Source of the DNA: Octopus sinensis
Lineage: Eukaryota
Direction: 5' to 3'
Length of the DNA: 7,432 bases
Assembly (NCBI RefSeq): GCF_006345805.1
Contig: NW_021828854.1
Coordinates: 1 to 7,432, forward strand
Shown here piece by piece: positions 1-6,970 of this stretch (within the stretch, counting starts at the first letter, position 1; every line of letters begins with the position of its first letter). The notes beneath the pieces are model-generated. The model had not been told where the DNA came from, did no database searches, and was given only the letters and a program-made list of their open reading frames with translations. A program made the translations under genes and the position numbers.

Positions 1-41
1 AAACGTGTAAATAATTGTCAATTTGGACCAAGAATGTTTAA

Positions 42-245
42 AGGCAGACGCGCCATTTGATTTCATCCACCCCAGAACATGCTGAGTACCTTATTGTAAC
101 AGACAAAGAATATGGAAAGAAACACGGGATATATAGCGGTTCTGAACCGGTTGAGCTAAAGCCTCCATTGGACTATGAACGGAAGAAGGAAATGCGATGT
201 AGGAGAAAAGTTGAAAATGATAGTTATTATGGTAAATATGAATAA
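42..245 (+). CDS. Possible 3' end (or decayed remnant) of an unidentified coding sequence
   Basis: Frame open from 42 to TAA at 243-245 (..ISSTPEHAEYLIVTDKEYGKKHGIYSGSEPVELKPPLDYERKKEMRCRRKVENDSYYGKYE*). Non-repetitive and purine-rich, with AATAAA at 241-246 overlapping the stop, then an AT-rich tract. No ATG near the start, no convincing splice acceptor, no recognised domain; a TAA at 39-41 closes the frame upstream. Confidence 0.25.
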   Translation, partial: RQTRHLISSTPEHAEYLIVTDKEYGKKHGIYSGSEPVELKPPLDYERKKEMRCRRKVENDSYYGKYE

Positions 246-1227
246 AGGGGAAAATTTCAATTAAAATAACATTATATACAAAATATATATAAAATGTATA
301 CACGCATATATCATTTTCTCTCATCACTAACGCCGTCACCACTACCATCACTACCATCATCATCGCCACCACCACCATCATCATTGCTATCATCATCATC
401 GTCGTTGCCAATTTCATTGTTGTTTTAATACTCCTCAGCCTCCTCTTCATCAACGTCATCATCATCATCATAGCTATAATCCTCATCGTTGTCCTCGTCA
501 TCAAAATCCTCTTCACCAACGTCAGCAGCCACAGTAGCATAGTTATAGCTGTCATCGCCGTCCGCCTCCTCCTCATCTTCATCGTCGGCTTTATCATCAT
601 CATTATCATTATCTTTGTCGTCGTTGTTATCGTCGTCATAATCGTTATACATTTCGTTGTCCTCGTCGTTGTCAGCACATTCGAAGATTTCCTAATGACT
701 GTCATCGTCTCCTGCCTAATCCTCACCGTCATCATTATATATTTATATCTTCCTCATTATCAGCATAAACGTCTCATCATTGATAATCATCGTGTACACC
801 CGCATCATCACCATTATCATCATCATCATCCTCATCCTCATCCTCCTCATCCTCCTCCTCATCATCATCATCATCATCATCACCACCACCACCATCATTA
901 TCATCACCATAAACATCATCATCATCATCACCATCACCATTATCATCATCATCGTTGTCGTCGTGGTCGTCGTCATCAACATTGCTGTCATAATCATCGT
1001 CGTTGTCGTCATCGTTCTCATCATCATCATCATCATCACATCGTTGTCTCATCACCACCATCGTCATCATCATCATGGTAAGCATCATCATCATCAACAT
1101 CATCATTATCATCATCATCATCGCGGTCCTCGTCGTCATCATCATTGTAATCATAATCATCATCGTAGTCGTCGTCACCATTATCGTTGTCATCATCATC
1201 ATCAACGTCCTCATCTTTGTCTCATCG

Positions 1228-1284
<57 letters not shown>

Positions 1285-1980
1285 ACATCATCTGCAGCAG
1301 CAGCAGGATTGTCACAGTCGTCATCATCATCATCATCATCGTTACATTATCATCTTCAGCTTGGCCGTTATCGTCACCTTGGTCATCACGATAAATTTCA
1401 TTATCAACTTCTTAATTGTCATCATATTCCTCCTCGCAATTATCGTTTATATTTCCACGATAAAAAAAGGGGAGATATTTGCAATGGAGATATTCATGAT
1501 ACCATCAACCATCATTCTCTTTATCTCCTCCTTTTTATCGTCATTATTATCATCAGGCAGAAGAAAATAAAACATCGTCATACATATCAATTTATTTGTC
1601 ATCTTAACCGTCATCAAATTCAGATCATTCACATCGGCATCACCATAAATTTCCTTGTCATCACCACAAAGACAACTACCATTTTCATCAACATCATCAT
1701 CATCATCGACATCATCATCGTTATCATCATCTTCATCATCATCAACATCATTATCATTGCCGTCATCGTCGTCGTCGTTATCAACGTCGTAACCATCATA
1801 ATCGTCATCATAATTATCATAATCATCCTCACCATCTCCAACGTGGGCATCATCTTCAGTGTCGACATAGTCATCATCATTATCATCAATATCATCATCA
1901 TCATAATCACTCTCCTCCTCCTCATCATCATCGTCATCATCATCATCATCATTATTATCATCCTCATCACCATCATCATC

Positions 1981-2012
<32 letters not shown>

Positions 2013-2016
2013 AATC

Positions 2017-2126
2017 ATTATTCTTATCATTGTTGTCGTTATCATCATCTTCATCATTATCATCATCATCATAATCCTCATTATCATCATCGTCATTGTT
2101 AACATCGTTGTCGTTAACATCATCAT

Positions 2127-2170
<44 letters not shown>

Positions 2171-2352
2171 CCATCATCATCATCATTATCATCATCATCA
2201 CCATCATCATTATTCTTATCATCATTGTCGTTATCATCATCATCATTATCATTATCATCATCGTCAATGTTAACATCGTTGTCGTTATCATCATCATCAT
2301 CACCATCATCATCATTATCATCATCATCGTTATTCTTATCATCGTCGTCATT

Positions 2353-2387
<35 letters not shown>

Positions 2388-2457
2388 CATAATCACCATC
2401 ATTATCACCATCATTATCATCATCGTCATTGTTAACATCGTTGTCGTCAAAATCATC

Positions 2458-2489
<32 letters not shown>

Positions 2490-2553
2490 CATCATCCTCA
2501 TAATCATCATCATTATCATCATCATCATTATTAACATCGTTGTCTTTATCATC

Positions 2554-2600
<47 letters not shown>

Positions 2601-2643
2601 AATCATCATCATTATCATCATCATCATTGTTAACATCGTTGTA
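2017..2643. repeat. Higher-order, variable-length repeat units inside the ATC array
   Basis: Marker TTAACATCGTTGT (- strand D-N-D-V-N) has its AAC at 2101, 2272, 2434, 2533 and 2632 (spacings 171, 162, 99, 99). Marker ATTCTTATC (D-K-N) has its CTT at 2023, 2215 and 2335. Confidence 0.85.
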
Positions 2644-2789
2644 TTTAACATCATCATCATCACCGTCATCGTCTGCTTTGGATAATTTCTATCATTTATC
2701 ATATCGCCATCAACGTCATTAGCACCACTATAAAATGAATCGATTTTCCTCATCGTTATTACCTCCAGCATCATCCTCTTCATCACCAT

Positions 2790-2818
2790 CATCATCCACA
2801 TCATTATCATCGTCGTCG

Positions 2819-2856
<38 letters not shown>

Positions 2857-2906
2857 TTCTTCTTCATCGCCATCATCCACATCATTATCATCGTCGTCGT
2901 CATCAT
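2790..2906. repeat. Direct duplication with 81-bp period
   Basis: CATCATCCACATCATTATCATCGTCGTCGTCATCAT at 2790-2825 and 2871-2906. Confidence 0.9.
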
Positions 2907-2911
2907 TACCG

Positions 2912-2953
<42 letters not shown>

Positions 2954-3226
2954 CCGTTATCACATATGACATGGCCCTTATCATTATCGTCTACTTCAAT
3001 ATGATCAACATCACCATCATCATCATCACCATGATGTAGCCCCACTAACACCACCACCACCATCACCAACACCGTCACCAGAAACACCGCCATAATTGCC
3101 AGCACTAATACCACCGATAACAACAACAATAATGCAACCATCAGCTCAAGTACAGCCACGGAAGGAACAACACAACAAAATTTATAGTCAGGAAGAAGGT
3201 TGCAATGAAAGGAAAATCGATTATAA

Positions 3227-3390
3227 CGGGAGAGGGGGGAGAGGGAGAGAAAGAGGTAAGGCAAGAGAGAAGGTTGAGAGAGAGGAGGGAGAGCGAGAAA
3301 GGAGGGAAATAGATGTAGACAAGTAGCTAGAGAGGGACTGGGAGAGGAGATGGGTGAACGAGAGAAATTGAGGGTTGGATGGGGAGGACT
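3227..3390. repeat. Degenerate (GA)n polypurine/polypyrimidine tract
   Basis: Run of GAGA/GGGA/GAGG motifs; it explains the 3096-3326 ORF. Confidence 0.9.
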
Positions 3391-3395
3391 ATCTC

Positions 3396-3810
3396 CTCTT
3401 ACTCTCTACTCTTTACTCTTTCATTTGTTTCAGTCATCCGACTGCGGCCATGCTGGAGCACCGCCTTTAATCGAGCAACTCGACCCCGGGACCTATTCTT
3501 TGTAAGCCCAGTACTTATTCTATCGGCCTCTTTTGCCGAACCGCTAAGTGACGGGGACGTAAACACACCAGCATCGGTTGTCAAGCAATGCTAGGGGGAC
3601 AAACACACACACACAAACACACACACACACACATATATACATATATATGACAGGCTTCTTTCAGTTTCCGTCTACCAAATCCACTCACAAGGCATTGGTC
3701 GGCCCGGGGCTATATCAGAAGACACTTGCCCAAGATGCCACGCAGTGGGACTGAAGCCGGAATCGTGTGGTTGGTTAGCAAGCTACTTACCACACAGCCA
3801 CTCCTGCGCC
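3396..3810 (-). mobile_element. Near full-length tRNA-derived SINE (octopus-type) with internal (CA)/(TA) microsatellite and short tandem 3' tail
   Basis: The - strand begins GGCGCAGGAGTGGCTGTGTGGTAAGTAGCTTG..., with Pol III A-like and B-like boxes, then CTTGGGCAAGTGTCTT (CORE-like), a microsatellite at 3603-3648, a second domain, and a repeated AGTAAAG/AGTAGAG/AGTAAGAG tail at 3396-3421. Homologous to 5769-5899 and 6971-7140. Matches my recollection of an abundant Octopus SINE; subfamily not assigned; no clear TSD. Confidence 0.9.
3747..3800 (-). promoter_or_regulatory. Internal RNA Pol III type-2 promoter (A and B boxes) of the SINE
   Basis: A-like box TGGCTGTGTGG (3800-3790); B-like box GCTTCAGTCCC (3757-3747), compared with GGTTCAATCCC in the third copy (7083-7073). 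Confidence 0.75.
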
Positions 3811-3994
3811 TTGTTAACTTCCCATTAACTTCCCGTTGTTAATTTTGCTGTTGCTCAAAAATCTTTGTCACAAACTTTATATTTTTCTGTAACGTGTGAT
3901 TCTTTACGTGGTTTTGTTACTTGTGTTACGTTATTAAACATGGGTCGAGTTCCCTTCAGCATGTATGCATCAATACAAGCATACATCCCAGGAT

Positions 3995-4036
3995 CTGATA
4001 CTGAAGAGGGGATAAAGACTCCGAAATATTATGCAG
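3995..4036 (+). ncRNA. Minimal type-I hammerhead ribozyme core, probably degenerate at the cleavage site
   Basis: CUGAAGA (4001-4007); stem II GGGG/CUCC (4008-4011/4019-4022) with loop AUAAAGA; GAAA (4023-4026); palindromic AAUAUU stem-III region. Possible stem I is CUGAUA (3995-4000) with UAU[G]CAG (4030-4036), which fits only if one nucleotide of the NUH triplet has been lost. Confidence 0.6.
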
Positions 4037-4124
4037 CCATTACTATGGACATACAGAGCTTTGAACTGACTTAATAAATATATTTTCACATATTTTTCTG
4101 CACAGGTAACATTCGTCTGAGACA

Positions 4125-4151
4125 ATATATATATATATATATATATATTAT

Positions 4152-4203
<52 letters not shown>
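4125..4203. repeat. (TA)n microsatellite
   Basis: Directly visible, with a few interruptions. Confidence 0.98.
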
Positions 4204-4258
4204 CTATGCAGACATCCATTAGTGTAAGCATATTTTGGACCATATATGCATACGTATA

Positions 4259-4277
4259 TGTGTGTGTGTGTGTGTGT
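4259..4277. repeat. (TG)n microsatellite
   Basis: Directly visible. Confidence 0.97.
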
Positions 4278-4383
4278 TGTCGTAACCGATCATGATTCAG
4301 TGATGTATATGTTTCTATTCTAAACAGCAATTTACTCAAAAAGCATATCTTTTCCTGTCTTTTTGCTGCAACTCTCCCTATAA

Positions 4384-4414
<31 letters not shown>

Positions 4415-4438
4415 TCTCCCCCTCTCTCTCTCTCTCTT
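4384..4438. repeat. (CT)n / (CTAT)n compound microsatellite
   Basis: Directly visible. Confidence 0.95.
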
Positions 4439-4548
4439 TCGACGGAAATCCTGTAAATATCTCTTTCAACAAATATTCCCCGAACTTTGCTTTATAATAG
4501 GAAGAGTATACAGCAATTTTTGAGACATCCTTATCTTTGTTTTCGTTG

Positions 4549-4830
4549 CCCCCTCTCTCACTCTCCCTCTCTCATTCTCTCTCCTCATATCGATATATAT
4601 GTATACATATACATATATGTGTGTGTATTAGGTATTTCCATGTATATACATATATATATTTATGTATGTATATTCATATATACATAAATATATATATATA
4701 TAATATATGTATGTTGTATTGATATATGTATATATGCCTCTATATGTAAGTATATTTATATATATATATATACACTCAGATATATATTTGTATTTACCGA
4801 CAAACACACATACATATATATATATACGCA
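4549..4830. repeat. CT-rich stretch followed by degenerate (TA)/(TG)/(CA) low-complexity tract
   Basis: Directly visible; it explains the IY-rich ORFs at 4487-4831. Confidence 0.92.
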
Positions 4831-5730
4831 TGCACTAACTATATTATCTTTTCCCTTGCACACTTTAAACCCAATATAGTGGGTTCTGCTTTTCACTAGG
4901 ACTTCTCTCTATACGTCAAAGTTTGTACCGTAATCCTTTAAAAGCCTTATGTAACTCGATAATAGTGTTGCCTTTCTATTTTCTCTGTAATTGAAAGTTG
5001 ATGAATAAGATTAAAGTAAAGCTATTTAAACCTACAATCCACCATTCCAATATGGCCGTGAAACGGTTTAGTTTTGTCAAGCCGTCTTCTACTTCATTTC
5101 TTATTCCTTCTGCATTACATTACTTTACAACTGAGAATCCATTGGCCACCCTGCATGCGGACTTAGACCTTATTTATTTATTTAGAGAGATTGCGTATTA
5201 CAAAGCGCTTTCATCTTAGGTTTACAGCTGTAACTTTCTTTTAAGTTTTCCTGTTGAATCTTTTTTCAATAGAGTTGGTTGCGCAAAGTAGATAATCGCA
5301 CTGGACGTATTCTTAGTAGTACATAATATAACACTGTTGAGCAAAGCCCCGTCTATTCCTTTCAATGTAAGGATAATCAGAGAAACTCAAACTAATGTTG
5401 TTGCTGATATTTCTTTTTCTTTTCTTCTCTTCATTCCAAAACATTTCTCTACACTTCTGCTTAAATATTTCGATGTGGCTATTAGTTTGCAAGATTTTTG
5501 GAGCGAACTTACGCGTTGGAACAGATGTCTTTTATATCTCGCGGGGTAGGATCATTATGGAATCTTTAAACACATACAGAACGAAAGAACTTTGAAAAAC
5601 CAAGCTGGTTACTTGATTGGCCGAGCGATGAATAAAAGTAAGATAACGATCCCTATGATGATATATATTTTCACAGAAGAAGACTGTAACATTCGTGTCC
5701 AACTATACACGAAGTCAAAGCAAGGTGACA

Positions 5731-5899
5731 CTAACACACACATGCATAGACACATAGATACACAACAAGCAATCATTCAGTTTCCATCGACCAAAATCTA
5801 CTCACAAGGCTTTGGTCGGCCCAGAAGTAGAGTAGAAGTAGAAGACACTTGCTCAACATACCATGCAGTGAGGTTGTACTCAGAACCAAGTGGCTGGAA
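5731..5899 (-). mobile_element. Diverged 5'-half fragment of the same SINE family
   Basis: TTCAGTTTCCATCGACCAAAATCTACTCACAAGGCTTTGGTCGGCCC...GAAGACACTTGCTCAA..CCATGCAGTG aligns by eye with 3659-3750; preceded by a decayed (CA) tract; head eroded. Confidence 0.85.
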
Positions 5900-5923
5900 A
5901 CTTCTTTTCGATAGGCACACCTG

Positions 5924-5975
5924 TCATTCAACTGTGGCCATGCTGGGATATCTCATTGTGAACAAATCCACTCCG
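5924..5975 (-). mobile_element. Short fragment of a SINE 3' tail
   Basis: TCATTCAACTGTGGCCATGCTGGGA resembles TCATCCGACTGCGGCCATGCTGGAG at 3434-3458. Confidence 0.6.
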
Positions 5976-6192
5976 TCGTGTTAGAATCCGACGATCACTA
6001 TCTGAAAGTTTTGGTTTTCGTGCGGAGTTTTGTATCACTGAGAAGGGTTTCCCCCACTTTCTCAAAGGCTGTCATTACTTTCGAGACGTTACTTCTTGAT
6101 ACCTCAAACATTTCGGCTGTTTTCGTTACCATAGCGCCTGCCATACAAACACCAACAATTTGACCTCTTTGAAAGACCGATGGATCTCTTAT
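5976..6192 (-). pseudogene. Tc1 transposase N-terminal HTH fragment (start codon lost, one frameshift, truncated)
   Basis: (ATA)RDPSVFQRGQIVGVCMAGAMVTKTAEMFEVSRSNVSKVMTAFEKVGET, frameshift near 6045, then FSVIQNSARKPKLSDSDRRILTR. This matches the Tc1 pattern (DLSDFQRGQIVGAR.AGASVT.TA...GVSR.TVSKVM...GRKPKLS.RDRR.L.R). Not in the ORF track. Confidence 0.9.
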
Positions 6193-6379
6193 TTTAGTTA
6201 ATTTTAATAACCTTTTTCTGATGATATCTGAAAAGAAACATCAGCTTTAGCAAACATATTAAGTAACACTAATAATAAAAAAAAAAACAGAAATAAACAT
6301 GGATTTGACGGTTTTACAGATAATTCAAATGTATGATGCGATGTGATAGGTGTTTTCATTATTTTGGTGCAACCCTGTA
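5976..6379 (-). mobile_element. Tc1-family DNA transposon, left-end fragment (TA target site, TIR, leader, start of transposase)
   Basis: - strand TA|CAGGGTTGCACCAAAATAATGAAAACACC (TA at 6379-6378, TIR ~6377-6349), followed ~185 bp later by the transposase N-terminus. No right TIR in the window. Confidence 0.9.
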
Positions 6380-6434
6380 TATACATATATATATATATAT
6401 ATATATAATATATATATATATATATACATATATA
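6378..6434. repeat. (TA)n microsatellite at the Tc1 target site
   Basis: Directly visible, contiguous with the TA target dinucleotide. Confidence 0.97.
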
Positions 6435-6620
6435 GCGGTTATTGTTATATTACTTTCGGTATTTGATATGCTTTTAAAATTATATTATGAAATATTTTAA
6501 GTACCTCGTACCAAATTTTATTGTAACGAAAAATGGGCATTACGATAGGTACCAATATGTGGTTTATGAATATATTTCAACACTGCACAGACTGGGCCGA
6601 AGGCCGGGAGGCCTGCTAGT
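6435..6620 (+). mobile_element. Helitron-like 3' terminus (5' boundary not defined)
   Basis: GC-rich hairpin GGCC-GAA-GGCC (6595-6605), 10 nt upstream of CTAG (6616-6619) followed by T, in otherwise AT-rich DNA. This is the canonical Helitron 3' signature. No 5' A|TC terminus and no RepHel sequence seen. Confidence 0.65.
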
Positions 6621-6633
6621 GTATATATACATA

Positions 6634-6832
6634 TAAGGTTAATCCAAACGAGAAAACGGAAAAAACAACAACACAAGGAGGCGGAACAATTAAAGTATTA
6701 TTATTAGGCGCTCAGGAAAAGTGGAAGAAGGAGGGTATGACGTTTCGAGCGGAGCTCTTCGTCGGAAAACATAAGAGAAAGAAAGATCCCGGGCGGGCGA
6801 ACGGAGGAAAAAAAAACGCGACTGGTTTTTAC
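6634..6832 (-). mobile_element. ~200-bp non-coding element flanked by (TA)n and carrying a hammerhead core (Penelope pseudo-LTR or retrozyme-like)
   Basis: Bounded by TA-rich tracts on both sides and contains the motif at 6739-6765. Boundaries are approximate; the family assignment is inferred from the hammerhead architecture. Confidence 0.55.
6739..6765 (-). ncRNA. Minimal hammerhead ribozyme core, variant (CCGACGA instead of CUGANGA)
   Basis: - strand CCGACGA-A-GAGC-UCC-GCUC-GAAA-CG-UC: stem II GAGC/GCUC, palindromic ACGU stem III, GUC cleavage triplet (site between 6739 and 6738). Stem I is weak in this copy. Confidence 0.65.
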
Positions 6833-6847
6833 GATATACATAATATA

Positions 6848-6880
<33 letters not shown>

Positions 6881-6938
6881 ATATATATATTATATATCTA
6901 TATATATATATATATACATATATACATATATATACATA
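6833..6938. repeat. (TA)n microsatellite
   Basis: Directly visible. Confidence 0.97.
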
Positions 6939-6970
6939 CCACCGCACACACGCACATCTACTCACACACG

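Larger units (their letters stand above)
311..3050. repeat. Long degenerate trinucleotide array (ATC/GAT)n with GTC, ATT, GTT, ACC and CTC variants
   Basis: Directly visible. It produces the poly-I, -S, -H (+) and poly-D, -M (-) ORFs in the track. Purest between ~1680 and 2690, more diverged at both flanks. Confidence 0.97.
311..3141 (-). pseudogene. Hypothetical decayed or mis-assembled gene for a very acidic Asp/Asn/Glu-rich protein (alternative: non-coding satellite)
   Basis: Hand translation in the GAT register: stop-free from 2688 to 1450 (413 codons; about 65% Asp over 2688-1681). Flanks are more complex (EIYRDDQGDDNGQAEDDNV; DSYNYATVAADVGEEDF; EEEAEEY), ending ..VSDERK* at TGA 313-311. 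It needs ~10 register shifts and has in-register stops at 1414-1412, 718-716, 694-692 and 427-425, plus two near 1590-1606. Confidence 0.25.

Noticed and set aside
695-1081. Poly-His ORF with hydrophobic N-terminus (MTVIVSCLILTVIIIYLYL..HHHH), superficially like a His-rich cephalopod structural protein
   Set aside because: It is the CAT register of the ATC array and drifts into other registers (RCRRG, SSSS) exactly where the array shifts. Known squid beak His-rich proteins are Gly/Ala/His repeats, not pure His runs.
2017-2643. Repeat-spacer appearance reminiscent of a CRISPR array
   Set aside because: The spacers are low-complexity ATC runs of unequal length, the context is eukaryotic, and there are no cas genes.
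743-2984. Long poly-Ile, poly-Met and poly-Ser ORFs (1003-2685 +, 780-1394 +, 1629-2984 -, 743-1039 -, also 91-735 -)
   Set aside because: Alternative frames of the trinucleotide repeat, with implausible composition.
2738-3222. Perfect 13-bp inverted repeat AATCGATTTTCCT (2738-2750) / AGGAAAATCGATT (3210-3222), possible MITE ends
   Set aside because: No target-site duplication, 8 of the 13 bases are a self-palindrome, and one such match is roughly expected by chance in 7 kb.
3747-3810. tRNA-like sequence
   Set aside because: No full cloverleaf or anticodon arm; it is the SINE head and continues directly into the SINE body.
3811-3842. TTAACTTCCC x2 bracketed by TTGTTAA next to the SINE 5' end
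   Set aside because: Tiny local duplication with no matching sequence at the SINE 3' end, so not a TSD.
5142-5153. CAGGGTGGCCAA (- strand), resembling a Tc1/mariner TIR start
   Set aside because: Flanked by TG rather than TA, same orientation as the 6377 TIR, and no partner found.
6218-6245. CTGATGA...GAAAC resembling a third hammerhead
   Set aside because: No stem II; CTGATG pairs with the downstream CATCAG in a plain hairpin inside the Tc1 leader.
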